The notes: generated from the sequence alone by a model not told the origin. DNA of 64,000 bases from Microcoleus sp. (GCA_042408215.1 JAYFMW010000020.1:160001-224000); one strand, 5' to 3'. Numbered from the stretch's first letter, positions 1-10,412 are shown. Program-made: numbers and translations.

Positions 1-12
1 AGATCGACCTCG

Positions 13-1851
13 GTGAATAAACGCTGGAGAAACGCTGGCCTGTACGCACTTCTGGCTATTGTAGTCATTGCCTTAGCAACCGCATTTTTTGACAAACAGC
101 CCCCAAGCCGGGAAGTTTGGAAGTATAGTCAATTCATTCAGGAAGTCGAAGGCAAGAGAGTAGACAAAATAAATATCACTTCCGATCGCAGCAAAGCCCT
201 CGTCACAGCCCAAGACGGCAACAAAGTGATCGTCAACCTGCCCAACGACCCAGAACTGATCAACATCCTGACCAAAAACAACGTAGACATATCCGTCCTA
301 CCCCAAAACGAGGAAGGCTTCTGGGTAAAAGCCATCAGCAGCCTGTTCTTCCCGATTCTGCTCTTGGTAGGACTGTTTTTCCTGGTGCGACGCGCCCAAA
401 ACGGGCCCGGCAACCAAGCCATGAACTTCGGCAAATCCAAAGCTAGAGTCCAAATGGAGCCCCAAACTCAAGTCACTTTCAGCGACGTAGCCGGCATCGA
501 ACAAGCCAAGCTAGAGCTCGCCGAAGTCGTAGACTTCCTGAAAAATGCAGACCGCTTCACCGCAGTCGGCGCCAAAATCCCCAAAGGCGTACTGCTAGTC
601 GGCCCTCCCGGAACAGGCAAAACCCTCTTAGCAAAAGCAGTTGCTGGAGAAGCAGGCGTTCCTTTCTTCTCAATTTCCGGTTCGGAGTTTGTAGAAATGT
701 TCGTCGGTGTGGGTGCTTCCCGCGTCCGCGACTTGTTTGAACAAGCTAAATCTAACGCTCCTTGCATCGTATTTATTGATGAAATTGACGCGGTAGGCCG
801 TCAACGCGGCGCGGGAATGGGTGGTGGTAACGATGAACGGGAACAAACCCTCAACCAGTTGCTGACTGAAATGGACGGTTTTGAGGGTAATACCGGCATC
901 ATTATTATTGCTGCTACGAACCGTCCTGATGTGCTGGATTCCGCGCTGCTGCGTCCGGGCCGTTTCGATCGCCAAGTTGTGGTCGATCGCCCTGATTTCG
1001 CCGGCCGCCTGGAAATTCTCAACGTTCACGCCCGCGGCAAAACTTTGTCGAAAGATGTGGACTTGGAGAAAATCGCCCGCCGCACTCCCGGTTTCACCGG
1101 TGCCGATTTGGCGAACCTGTTGAACGAATCTGCAATTTTGGCCGCCCGCCGCAACTTGACCGAAGTTTCGATGGATGAAGTCAACGATGCGATCGACCGC
1201 GTGCTCGCAGGCCCAGAAAAGAAAGACCGCGTAATGAGCGAAAAGCGCAAAACTTTGGTAGCTTACCACGAAGCCGGTCACGCCTTAGTCGGTGCCCTGA
1301 TGCCCGACTATGACCCTGTTCAGAAAATTAGCATTATCCCCCGCGGCCGCGCCGGTGGTTTGACTTGGTTCACACCCAGCGAAGATCGGATGGATTCTGG
1401 CTTGTATTCTCGTTCATACTTGCAAAATCAAATGGCGGTAGCTTTGGGCGGCCGCATTGCTGAAGAGATTGTCTTCGGCGAAGAAGAAGTGACAACTGGC
1501 GCTTCCAATGACTTGCAACAAGTGGCAAGAGTAGCACGCCAAATGGTGACTCGCTTCGGAATGAGCGATCGACTCGGCCCTGTAGCTCTCGGCCGCCAAC
1601 AAGGGAATATGTTCATGGGTCGCGATATCATGGCTGAACGGGATTTCTCCGAAGAAACCGCAGCGACGATCGACGATGAAGTCCGTTTGTTGGTAGAGCA
1701 AGCTTATCGCCGCGCTAAAGATGTGCTCGTCGGCAACCGCCACGTCCTTAACACTTTGGCTGATCTGCTAGTTGAAAAGGAAACTGTGGATTCCGACGAA
1801 TTGCAAAACTTGTTAGCTAATAGCGATGTGAAAATGGCGACGATCGCCTAA
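13..1851 (+). CDS. ftsH: ATP-dependent zinc metalloprotease FtsH (FtsH3-like)
   Basis: Two N-terminal TM segments, Walker A GPPGTGKT, Walker [24 protein letters not shown] zinc motif; GTG start. Confidence 0.97.
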   Translation: MNKRWRNAGLYALLAIVVIALATAFFDKQPPSREVWKYSQFIQEVEGKRVDKINITSDRSKALVTAQDGNKVIVNLPNDPELINILTKNNVDISVLPQNEEGFWVKAISSLFFPILLLVGLFFLVRRAQNGPGNQAMNFGKSKARVQMEPQTQVTFSDVAGIEQAKLELAEVVDFLKNADRFTAVGAKIPKGVLLVGPPGTGKTLLAKAVAGEAGVPFFSISGSEFVEMFVGVGASRVRDLFEQAKSNAPCIVFIDEIDAVGRQRGAGMGGGNDEREQTLNQLLTEMDGFEGNTGIIIIAATNRPDVLDSALLRPGRFDRQVVVDRPDFAGRLEILNVHARGKTLSKDVDLEKIARRTPGFTGADLANLLNESAILAARRNLTEVSMDEVNDAIDRVLAGPEKKDRVMSEKRKTLVAYHEAGHALVGALMPDYDPVQKISIIPRGRAGGLTWFTPSEDRMDSGLYSRSYLQNQMAVALGGRIAEEIVFGEEEVTTGASNDLQQVARVARQMVTRFGMSDRLGPVALGRQQGNMFMGRDIMAERDFSEETAATIDDEVRLLVEQAYRRAKDVLVGNRHVLNTLADLLVEKETVDSDELQNLLANSDVKMATIA

Positions 1852-1907
1852 TCAATTTTGGATTTTGGATTTTGAATTTTGGATTAAATCTAAAGTTTAA
1901 AATCGGT

Positions 1908-1952
1908 AATTGGGGGGATTCTGGGATGGTCTGGAATCGCCCCAATTTTTTT
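1908..1952 (+). terminator. Probable intrinsic terminator after ftsH
   Basis: Imperfect stem AATTGGGG..ATTC / GAAT..CCCCAATT followed by a T run. Confidence 0.6.
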
Positions 1953-2182
1953 GTGGGTTAGATCAAATCCGCGCTTCATCGGAATTATTCATCTCTCTCT
2001 TCTCTGACTCTGCGTTCTCTGTGTCCTCTGCGGTTTAATTATTCCGTTCCAACCGGAATTGAGATTATACCAGAAGCAAGAAGGAAGAAGGAAGACTAAT
2101 TCTCAAGGCCCAATGCCCAATGCTTTTCGGCCCAATGTTACTAATGTGTACTAAAATTATAAGTGAGGCAGAATGAGTTGGC

Positions 2183-2821
2183 ATGAATCATCAATCTTGG
2201 TTAACGTTACTAAAAAAACACCGCGCGATCGCCGTGATCCGTTCCTCCGAAAAGGAACTCGCTTTGCAAATGGCAAAAGCCGTAGCAGCAGGAGGAATCC
2301 AGTTTATTGAAATTACATGGAACAGCCACAAAGCCGCTGAATTAATTTCCCAACTCCGCTCAGAATTACCTACCTTTACTATTGGCACCGGCACGCTCTT
2401 AAACTGTGAACAAATAAAGCAAGCAAGAGATTGTGGCGCTCAATTTCTGTTTACTCCCCACACCGATTTAACGATGATTAAAACAGCAATTGATGCGGGA
2501 TTGCCGATCGTCCCTGGTGCTTTTTCTCCTACAGAAATTTTGACGGCGTGGAACGCCGGCGCTACCTGCGTCAAAGTGTTTCCGATATCAGGTTTGGGAG
2601 GTGCGGCTTACCTGAAAAGCCTGCAAGGCCCCCTCGGCCACATTCCTTTAATCCCGACGGGCGGGGTGACGCTGGAAAATGCGAAACTATTTATCGCAGC
2701 CGGGGCGATCGCAGTTGGTTTAGCCGGAGACTTATTTCCCAAACACTTAGTGAAAAATGGAGATTGGGAGGCGATCGCTCAAATTGCTCGGAATCTCGCC
2801 CAAAACTTAACAACTTCTTAA
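2183..2821 (+). CDS. eda: KDPG/KHG aldolase family protein
   Basis: IAVIR, EIT, GTGT, VKVFP (Schiff-base Lys) and PTGGV motifs. Confidence 0.9.
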   Translation: MNHQSWLTLLKKHRAIAVIRSSEKELALQMAKAVAAGGIQFIEITWNSHKAAELISQLRSELPTFTIGTGTLLNCEQIKQARDCGAQFLFTPHTDLTMIKTAIDAGLPIVPGAFSPTEILTAWNAGATCVKVFPISGLGGAAYLKSLQGPLGHIPLIPTGGVTLENAKLFIAAGAIAVGLAGDLFPKHLVKNGDWEAIAQIARNLAQNLTTS

Positions 2822-2827
2822 TCCCTA

Positions 2828-3102
2828 TTTTTCTGACTCCCCCCTTGTTAAGGGGGGTTGGGGGGGATCTAATTTTTTCTGACTCCCCCCTTGTTAAGGG
2901 GGGTTGGGGGGGATCTAATTTTTTCTGACTCCCCCTTGTTAAGGGAGGTTGAGGGGGATCTAAATTTTTCTGACTCCCCCCTTGTTAAGGGGGGTTGGGG
3001 GGGAGAGAAATTTTTCTGACTCCCCCCTTGTTAAGGGGGGTTGGGGAGGAGAGAAATTTTTCTGACTCCCCCCTTGTTAAGGGGGGTTGGGGGGGATCTA
3101 AT
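2828..3102. repeat. Six tandem copies of a ~46-bp palindromic REP-like unit
   Basis: Unit TTTTCTGACTCCCCCCTTGTTAAGGGGGGTTGGGGGGGATCTAA repeated head-to-tail with no spacers; related single copies near 20785, 37085 and 51125. Confidence 0.92.
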
Positions 3103-3230
3103 TTTGAAACTTTCTGCACAAAAATTCTAACATTATGTTGCTAAAATAAGCTGCAAACAATCAATTGAGATATCCTGTAATTAAGGATTCCTCCAAAGAT
3201 GTAGTTTTCTAGATTGAAGAGGTGTGAGCA

Positions 3231-3746
3231 ATGAAAAGCATTATCAACTCAACTTACTTGCGTCGCGCTGGAACTTTAATAGCAAGCTGCGCCCTGACTG
3301 TTGCTGTTTTCTGCGGCGGTTCAACTGCCGCAATTACCGACCAGCAGCACAACATAATTGCCAATAGAATTATGCAGTTGCAAGAATCCAGCCAGCGCTG
3401 GATAGAAATTGATTTGTCCCGACAAAAGTTAGTGGCTTGGGAAGGAAATAAACCCGTTTATGCTGTAACTATTTCCAGCGGGAAATCATCGACTCCCACC
3501 CGCACGGGAACTTTTGCCGTTCAAACCAAATACCGCGTTGCGAGGATGACTGGGCCCGACTACGACGTGCCCGACGTTCCCTATACAATGTATTACGATG
3601 GAGGCATGGCAATTCATGGCGCTTACTGGCACAATTTGTTTGGCAATCCCGTCACTCACGGCTGTACAAATGTGGCTGTAAATCACGCTAAATGGCTATT
3701 TGAATGGGCCTCGGTGGGAACACCCGTGGTGGTGCACAAATCTTAA
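3231..3746 (+). CDS. L,D-transpeptidase (YkuD family), exported
   Basis: Signal peptide; IEIDLSRQ and AIHG...THGCTN catalytic His/Cys motif. Confidence 0.9.
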   Translation: MKSIINSTYLRRAGTLIASCALTVAVFCGGSTAAITDQQHNIIANRIMQLQESSQRWIEIDLSRQKLVAWEGNKPVYAVTISSGKSSTPTRTGTFAVQTKYRVARMTGPDYDVPDVPYTMYYDGGMAIHGAYWHNLFGNPVTHGCTNVAVNHAKWLFEWASVGTPVVVHKS

Positions 3747-3835
3747 TTGTTAGTTGTTAACAGTTAACTGTTAACTGTTAATTGTTAGTTGTTAACTGTT
3801 AACTGTTAACTGTTAACTGTTAGTTGTTAGTTGTT
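3747..3835. repeat. STRR heptamer tract (TGTTAAC/TGTTAGT)
   Basis: Direct 7-bp tandem repeats between convergent genes. Confidence 0.9.
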
Positions 3836-5224
3836 ATAGCCTTTCTCAGGTAGATTCAGCAAATAACGACTTTTAATATATTCTTTTAAAATGGGGCTTA
3901 AACTGATTAAATTACCATTTTCTGTAGTTTCTGTTTCCAGTAAAAATCGCATTTTTAAGGATAATATGCTATTGACTATTTCTGTCGCTACTAGGTCAAT
4001 TTTATGGGTGATTTTAGAGATGCCAATGGGTGCTGTTTCTTGGGCTAATTGTAACATGATTTTTTGTTCGTTTTGCGCTAATTTTTGCCATTTTTTATCG
4101 AGGTGCGATCGCACTCCTTCTGGCACAATTAATCCCTGATATTCTAAAAACTCACTAACATTTCCGGCATATAATTCACCGATTAATTCGGCAGTCAATT
4201 CTAACCATAAGGGATGACTTTGATAAAGGGTTATTAATTGTGGCCATAGTTCTTGATTGGCTAAGTTTTGGTGATGTAAAATTTCTGTTGCATCTGAGTC
4301 TAAGCCTGATAAGATTAAAGATTTAACGGGATAATTAGCTTTTTCTAATTGTTGAATTTCTAGCCATTTTTCTTGAGATAGTAGGATGATGTTACTGTGA
4401 TGGGAAGATTGGGCGATCGCCTGAAATAATAGGTGATAGGAAGTGCGATCGGTTTGCCAAGTCCCCGCTAATTTTTGGGGCGTAAAAAGATTTTGGATAT
4501 CATCAAGTATAATTAAACATTGATATTGAGTGAGGTAGTCAATAAAGAGGTTAATTTGGGATTCAATATCGTTAGGTATTTCTGGTGGTGAGAAGATTTG
4601 TAATAAATTAGTTAATGTGGTGGTAAGGGAAGGGGAAAAATAGAGCGCGCGATAAATAATATAGTCAAAGTGTTGGGGAATTTCGTTAATGAGATGAAGC
4701 GCGATCGTGGTTTTACCAATACCGCTAATACCGAAAATGGTAATGAGGCGAATCTCTTGATGAATTAGCCAATCTTTGAGGGTAGAGACTTCGTTATTTC
4801 TGCCGTAAAAATCGGGAAATTTAGGAGCGTTGTTGAGGTGGAGTTTAGGGTTTTCCGCTTGGGGCTTTGGCGGTGAATTAATTTTGGGTATGCTGGGTTT
4901 GTGGCAGTTGTTAATGTTATTATTAACATTGATAATACCACTAAAAATAACACCAGAAACTTGATTAAAATTTGTTTTTTCTAAAATAGCTTTAACATTA
5001 GCTTTTCTCACCTTTTCTCCTAATAACTCAGATAAAAATTTCCATAAATCAGAAGCGGTATCAGCGACATGACTTTCACTATATCCAGTTTTGAGAGCAA
5101 TTTCCGAATAAGTTTTATCTTGTAAAGTATTTTCTAAAACAGATTTTTGTATAAAATCCAGATGGGACCCTGTTTTATCAAAGAGTAGCTCATCTAAAAT
5201 ATTAACAACCTGGGCTATGTCCAT
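3827..5224 (-). CDS. NB-ARC/STAND ATPase with N-terminal HTH-like domain and no C-terminal repeats
   Basis: TYSEIA..GYSESHV HTH-like segment; FYGRNNE; Walker A GISGIGKTT; Walker B LIILDD; HPLWL. Confidence 0.8.
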   Translation of the reverse strand: MDIAQVVNILDELLFDKTGSHLDFIQKSVLENTLQDKTYSEIALKTGYSESHVADTASDLWKFLSELLGEKVRKANVKAILEKTNFNQVSGVIFSGIINVNNNINNCHKPSIPKINSPPKPQAENPKLHLNNAPKFPDFYGRNNEVSTLKDWLIHQEIRLITIFGISGIGKTTIALHLINEIPQHFDYIIYRALYFSPSLTTTLTNLLQIFSPPEIPNDIESQINLFIDYLTQYQCLIILDDIQNLFTPQKLAGTWQTDRTSYHLLFQAIAQSSHHSNIILLSQEKWLEIQQLEKANYPVKSLILSGLDSDATEILHHQNLANQELWPQLITLYQSHPLWLELTAELIGELYAGNVSEFLEYQGLIVPEGVRSHLDKKWQKLAQNEQKIMLQLAQETAPIGISKITHKIDLVATEIVNSILSLKMRFLLETETTENGNLISLSPILKEYIKSRYLLNLPEKGYNN

Positions 5225-5404
5225 AAATTAAAGAGATGCTGGAGTTCCGGTCATTATATCATAACTTTCCGAATTTTCCTAACTTTCCTAACTTTCCTAA
5301 TTTAATTTGCCATTATTAAGTCCCGAAGTTTCCTAAACAGGTATTGGGTTCATATAGTTTAAAATATTTTCAGGTATGTATCTTACCACACAGGAGTTTT
5401 CTAA

Positions 5405-5869
5405 ATGAAAATTAAAACTTTTGTAATATTAGGTTCTCTGTTTGCCAGTTTGGGACTTTTTTCAGCAACAACAGCATTAGCTCAAGGCAGGGTTGTAAAT
5501 TATCAAGGTGAGACATATCTTTTCCGGCCACAAAATGAAGAACTGGGGCCAAGCGTGCGCTGTAGTCGTGATGGCAGAAACTGTTATTCTCTTGAACCAG
5601 TTGATTGTAACGCTCGTTACAATCAACAAATAGGATGTTTATATCGGTTTTCTCCTATCACAGAAAGTGTATTTCAGAACCCTATTTGGGCAAATGCCTG
5701 CTGGAGTTTGGGTTCTACCGCAGAGTACATTCTTGGCTCAAACCCTGGCATTGACTGTAGAGTATATGGAATGTCTAATCAAATGTTTCAAGAAAAGAAG
5801 AGGCAGGCAGAATATACTAAAAGAAAACTTGATGAGTCACTAAGACAATTACAACAAACAGGAAATTAA
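5405..5869 (+). CDS. Secreted Cys-containing hypothetical protein
   Basis: AGGAG RBS, signal peptide ending ALA-Q, six Cys. Confidence 0.7.
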   Translation: MKIKTFVILGSLFASLGLFSATTALAQGRVVNYQGETYLFRPQNEELGPSVRCSRDGRNCYSLEPVDCNARYNQQIGCLYRFSPITESVFQNPIWANACWSLGSTAEYILGSNPGIDCRVYGMSNQMFQEKKRQAEYTKRKLDESLRQLQQTGN

Positions 5870-6004
5870 TCAGGTAATTTTGCTCTAAATTACCTCCAGA
5901 TTTAGGCTGGGTCAAGCGCCAGCGCGACCCAACTTATGGTTTTGATTAATTATAGCGATCGCTCTATCACGATTACCTTATAGCAGTGCGGAGCCATCAA
6001 GGGT

Positions 6005-6418
6005 TTATACTTGTGAACTTTTCCGCAAACGCTGTCTTTCTTTCAATCGATCATCACTATTCAACTGAAGCAATATAACAGTTGTACGCCCTTCAGGCGT
6101 TAAACCAATTATTATCCTATCTAAACTCAATTCAAAATGTTCAGACCATAATTGTTGACGGGGGTGAAATAAAAAACTAAATTCACCTGTATTCGGATCA
6201 AATGAACCCAGATCGCTTCCTTTGTGACGATTACAACGCCAACAAGCAAAAGCTAAGTTATTAGCATCTGTCACACCACCATGTTTTTCCGCTATAATAT
6301 GATCAATTTCATGGGGAAAAAATGATAAAGAGTTTGACAAAAGACAATACTCACAACAATAGTTAGCCCTTTCCTCAACTAAACGTCGCAAAGAAGCAGA
6401 AATATAAGTAACACTCAT
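6005..6418 (-). CDS. HNH endonuclease
   Basis: CEYC...EIDHII..KHGG....NLAFACWRCN. Confidence 0.9.
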   Translation of the reverse strand: MSVTYISASLRRLVEERANYCCEYCLLSNSLSFFPHEIDHIIAEKHGGVTDANNLAFACWRCNRHKGSDLGSFDPNTGEFSFLFHPRQQLWSEHFELSLDRIIIGLTPEGRTTVILLQLNSDDRLKERQRLRKSSQV

Positions 6419-6425
6419 AATCTAA

Positions 6426-6767
6426 TTAATGACTTAAATAACTTAAAGCACCTGTTTTAAACATGATGACTAAATGCTCAATGTGTTCATATTCTCTTAA
6501 TTCCATCTCTTCTAAATTTGTTAATTCTCCTCTTTGAGCGCGAGATAACAAAAGGCGTAATCTTTGTTGCATTTCATCTGTTGGCCGAAAATCTGCTATT
6601 TGTTGTTGAGTGGGCGCACTTGCCAAAAAATCAACAATATAACGATAGACCTGAACTGGTAATAATGGTTGATCTACTGATTGAGCTAAAACTTCAGGTA
6701 ATCGCTCTTGTATTAGACTCAGTTTAGCTGATAGTTCTTCTGGTATTTCTATAGTAATAGTTGCCAT
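6426..6767 (-). CDS. Hypothetical protein, antitoxin-like partner of the HNH gene
   Basis: MATITIEIPEEL RHH-like N-terminus; ends 7 bp before the HNH start. Confidence 0.65.
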   Translation of the reverse strand: MATITIEIPEELSAKLSLIQERLPEVLAQSVDQPLLPVQVYRYIVDFLASAPTQQQIADFRPTDEMQQRLRLLLSRAQRGELTNLEEMELREYEHIEHLVIMFKTGALSYLSH

Positions 6768-6784
6768 GCTGTTACCTCTTAATT

Positions 6785-6990
6785 AAAGTCTCGATAAATC
6801 TAATCGCCACTATCACACTCGATCGCCATATACCAATTATAGTATTAATTGATCGTTTTTCCAGTAGCACGCTCAAAAATTGCCCGACAACGTTTCCCAT
6901 ATTAGCCTTTGGCCTTTTTTATTGGGCTAAGCTGGCGATCGAAACTCGTCCTTATAAGTTTAACCGATTCACAACTCAAAACACTATGAG
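6785..6990 (-). pseudogene. Degenerate paralog of the 7491-7808 gene
   Basis: Shared blocks GCTCAAAAAT.GCCCGACA, ATATACCAAT.ATAGT and GAAACTCGTCCTT, with indels. Confidence 0.7.
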
Positions 6991-7186
6991 CAAAATGCCC
7001 TAAAATTTTTTGTTGTTCATTCAGAGATTCCTTGGTACTAGCAACTTCTAACCAACCTTCGATCGCCTCTTGCAACATTTCTATTAAATGTTCATAATTG
7101 TCACCATAGGTGTGACAACCTGGTAAGCCAGGTACAGAAGCGCACCAAACATCATCTTCTTGCCAAATCACAACTTTTATTTTCAT
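6902..7186 (-). CDS. HicB-family antitoxin; C-terminus runs into the adjacent pseudogene
   Basis: WCASVPGLPGCHTYGD....EAIEGWLE HicB motif. Confidence 0.8.
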   Translation of the reverse strand: MKIKVVIWQEDDVWCASVPGLPGCHTYGDNYEHLIEMLQEAIEGWLEVASTKESLNEQQKILGHFAHSVLSCESVKLIRTSFDRQLSPIKKAKG

Positions 7187-7191
7187 ATCAA

Positions 7192-7437
7192 TTATTGGTT
7201 TACAGTTTCATAATTTACCGATAAAGCGATAATGCGATCGTCCAAGTAACTAGAAGCAAAAATTAGACATTGCTGGATATCCTCTTCTTCTAATTCAGGA
7301 AATTCTTGACGTAACTCTTGACGATCGCGATAAGTAGCAAGTAACTCTATTACCCGTCGTACTGTCAAACGCATATTCCGAACACATGGCTGTCCATTCA
7401 TGCGGCCCGGATGACTGGTGATTCGATCTAGTTTCAT
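7192..7437 (-). CDS. DUF433 family putative antitoxin
   Basis: RIT..P.RMNGQPCVRNMRLTV..VIELLA...EFPELEEEDI. Confidence 0.85.
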   Translation of the reverse strand: MKLDRITSHPGRMNGQPCVRNMRLTVRRVIELLATYRDRQELRQEFPELEEEDIQQCLIFASSYLDDRIIALSVNYETVNQ

Positions 7438-7490
7438 GTTCTCCTCCTTTTTTTGAAAGTATCAACTATTGGTATTAAACTGGCCTCTAA

Positions 7491-7808
7491 TCATATTTTT
7501 CCACAACAACCTGTTTCATTTAAGCGCGTAATCAGACATTTAGCATGAGGATGTTTGGTATGTATTTTTTGGCTGGCAATTTTGTCATCTGGATCGATCG
7601 CATAATCTCCACTATCTGGTTCGATGACAATATACCAATCATAGTGTTGAGGGATGATCTCTCCAGCCACGCGCTCAAAAATAGCCCGACATCGTTGGCC
7701 AAAGGCTTCATTCTCGGCTTGTCGTCGGGCTTTTTCTACTGGGTCAAGTTGATGATCGGGGAAAACTCGTCCTTGTCTGGCGATCGGTTTTGGTAATATT
7801 TGGGTCAT
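7491..7808 (-). CDS. Conserved hypothetical protein
   Basis: ATG ORF with WYIVIEPDSGDY and RLNETGCCG; paralog remnant nearby. Confidence 0.7.
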   Translation of the reverse strand: MTQILPKPIARQGRVFPDHQLDPVEKARRQAENEAFGQRCRAIFERVAGEIIPQHYDWYIVIEPDSGDYAIDPDDKIASQKIHTKHPHAKCLITRLNETGCCGKI

Positions 7809-7902
7809 AAATAGTACCTGAGTAGTGATTAATCAGTAGTCTATCATAATAACTATGGCTATTGCTTTTCTAGTTTATTGCTACGATCGTGTCGAACTCA
7901 CG

Positions 7903-9501
7903 TTAACTTAACTGCACCACTGGTTGATCCTCTAACAAAGTTTGATTGGCCAGCAAATCTTCCACGGTAATACGCAAAAAGCGCTGTTCGTCAACGCGAA
8001 ACAAAATTTTGACGCGATCGCTCCCCGGATACCCAGGCGGCGTCAATTGCGCGATACTGCGGGCTCCGTCTTTGTCGTTTAGCGGCTGTACGGATGTGGT
8101 GCCCGCGAGTTGTTTGGTAATCAATCTGTCGCCGTCAAAATAGATCTCAGTGCCGCCAGTTTCCGCCCCCAATTCACCGATAATTAATTCAATACTCGGC
8201 TGATTTTCCACAGAAGCACCCAACACTAATTCTACTGGTTCGCTCATCGGATAAGACTGACCGGATTTGATTAAATTGTGCCAACTGTGGCAATTTTCGC
8301 GGCGATTCCAGTAGCGAATTCCGTAACTGTGATATAGAAAATCTTTGACTTCTATGCCTTGACTGAGTTGCAAAGCACCTTGGGCTATGGCTTCAAAAGG
8401 TCGATCGCACTTAATCTTTGCCTTGTCGAAATATTGCTCAACCCACCGCTGGACAGCAGGAATTTGGACAGTGCCGCCAACTAGCAAAACTGCATCAATG
8501 TCAGCAATTTCTAAGCCTTGACGTCGGGCTTGCTGCAATACTTGATTCATGCACTCGTCGAGGTTGTCAAAAAACTGATGTTCTGCGAGAATAGATTCAA
8601 ATTCAGCGCGATCTAATTCTAATTCGTAAGCCTCAAAGTTTTCATCGTCAAAATAAACCTCAGTCGCATTTTCTACCAAAGACAACTGAATCTTTAATCG
8701 TTCTGCTAATCGCGTGGTTATCGGAGATTTCACCAAGCCTTTTGTTTTGACAAAATAATCTACTAGCCAATTATCAATATCAGAACCGCCTAAATTTTGT
8801 CCGGCTTTAGCCAAAACCCTGGCAACTTTTGCCTTTTGTCCCTCACTGTCAGCCAGCAATTTTTCGCCCCATTTCAGAATAAAACCGAGAGGCTTTTTGC
8901 CGGCCTTATTGTCAAGCCGCACCAAAGAAAGGTCGAGAGTTCCGCCACCAAAATCAATTACTAACAGATTTTCGCGATCTGCTAAACCGTAACCCAAAGC
9001 CGCCGCCGTAGGTTCGTCCAACATCCGCACCTGTTCTACTTCCAAAGATTGAGAAACTTTTCCCAGCCAATTGCGGTAAGCTTCAAAACTATCTACTGGA
9101 ACAGTAAAAACCAAAGAATCTACAGATAGCGGCAGTTCGCGAATTGACCGGACTATTTGCTCTATAAACCACTGTCCTACTTGTTCAAAAGTAATAATTT
9201 TCCCGTCAAGTTCCGGCATGAAACCCTGAATTTGAGTACCAATTCCCCGCTTAAAATTGCGGAAAAATCGAGAATCTGTACTCAAATCAAGGCCTTTGTC
9301 TCGGACTTGTTGGCCAAGTATTACTTTATTTTCAGCAGCGTCCTCAACGTAGAGTAAACTGGGAATTAGGGGCGGATTTTGAGCCGAGATTGCCGAAAGT
9401 CCCGGCAATTTCAAAGTTTCGGGCTGCGGTCGGGCCGGATTCCAGCGAGCGACAACAGTGTTGCTAGTTCCAAAGTCAATTGCGATCGTCATGAGCGCCA
9501 A
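7903..9501 (-). CDS. Hsp70-family protein (short, non-canonical)
   Basis: IDFGTSNT, DEPTAAA, VIDFGGGTLDLS and LLVGG motifs. Confidence 0.9.
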   Translation of the reverse strand: MALMTIAIDFGTSNTVVARWNPARPQPETLKLPGLSAISAQNPPLIPSLLYVEDAAENKVILGQQVRDKGLDLSTDSRFFRNFKRGIGTQIQGFMPELDGKIITFEQVGQWFIEQIVRSIRELPLSVDSLVFTVPVDSFEAYRNWLGKVSQSLEVEQVRMLDEPTAAALGYGLADRENLLVIDFGGGTLDLSLVRLDNKAGKKPLGFILKWGEKLLADSEGQKAKVARVLAKAGQNLGGSDIDNWLVDYFVKTKGLVKSPITTRLAERLKIQLSLVENATEVYFDDENFEAYELELDRAEFESILAEHQFFDNLDECMNQVLQQARRQGLEIADIDAVLLVGGTVQIPAVQRWVEQYFDKAKIKCDRPFEAIAQGALQLSQGIEVKDFLYHSYGIRYWNRRENCHSWHNLIKSGQSYPMSEPVELVLGASVENQPSIELIIGELGAETGGTEIYFDGDRLITKQLAGTTSVQPLNDKDGARSIAQLTPPGYPGSDRVKILFRVDEQRFLRITVEDLLANQTLLEDQPVVQLS

Positions 9502-9576
9502 AATACACAGCTATTAGAGATTAGAGCATATTATGGTATTTGGACGCGCAAATGCAAACATAATATTATGTAACTC

Positions 9577-10020
9577 ATGAATCTACCTTCTTTCTTGTGG
9601 TTGTGGAAAATAGCGGCTTGGTCAATGGGCTTTTCGCTGTTTGCTTATCTGCTGTTGGCTGTTACTGGAACTTGGATGTTTTACGATCGCCATACCAAAC
9701 AGCCGCGCCCAAAATGGCTGCGTCCCGTTCATCTGGCTGTAGGTGCTGTCATGGCGACTCTGGTAATTTTACTGCTGGGAATTGGCGTAGTCGGCACCCT
9801 GGGAGAGTACGGCAATTTGGGTCACTCGGCTCATTTACCTGCGGGGTTAGCGGTGGTTACTTTGGTGTTAGTTTCTGTTGGAAGCGGCTTGCAAATTAGC
9901 CCAAAACGCCCTTGGGCTCGTCCCCTCCACATTAGCACTAATGTGACTTTGTTGGCGGGATTTGTGACAGTCCTGCTGACAGGATGGACGATCGTACAAA
10001 AGTATTTGCCTACAGCTTAA
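9577..10020 (+). CDS. DUF4079-like membrane protein
   Basis: Four TM helices with conserved His residues (RPVH, HSAH, RPLH). Confidence 0.7.
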   Translation: MNLPSFLWLWKIAAWSMGFSLFAYLLLAVTGTWMFYDRHTKQPRPKWLRPVHLAVGAVMATLVILLLGIGVVGTLGEYGNLGHSAHLPAGLAVVTLVLVSVGSGLQISPKRPWARPLHISTNVTLLAGFVTVLLTGWTIVQKYLPTA

Positions 10021-10139
10021 AACCTGTATATTTGCATATTTTTGATTTCAGAATATCCCCAAATACCGGATTTGTAGGGGCGGGTTTCACCAACAATTTA
10101 TGCCTCAAATCAATTCCGGTTGCACCGTCAGGTGATTGT

Positions 10140-10219
10140 TGACGGTTGACAGTTAACAGTTAACAGTTAACAGTTAACAGTTAACAGTTAACAGTTAACA
10201 GTTAACAGTTAACAGTTAA
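10140..10219. repeat. STRR heptamer tract (CAGTTAA)
   Basis: About 11 tandem heptamers. Confidence 0.9.
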
Positions 10220-10412
10220 CTCAAATTTACTATTCCGATGAATAGAGGATTTGATCTCAAATCAAACATCTCAAAAACCCGCCCCCACCCACCAAAAATA
10301 AAAATATTGATCGTCTGAATGTAGATTATTCGCTGGGTTTGGTGCGGGTTGATGAGATTATTTATTTGAGTCGTTGATGGTCGGTAAAACCCGCCCCTAC
10401 AGACGCGGTACA

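Noticed and set aside
138..1743. Antisense ORFs within ftsH, and similar ones in typA, sucC and mgdA
   Set aside because: Shadow frames of conserved genes with no motifs of their own
2548..2928. 126-aa ORF ending PPLLRGVGG/SPLVKGGWGG
   Set aside because: Overlaps eda and is translated repeat DNA
2828..3102. Possible CRISPR array
   Set aside because: Units are head-to-tail with no unique spacers, and no cas genes are present
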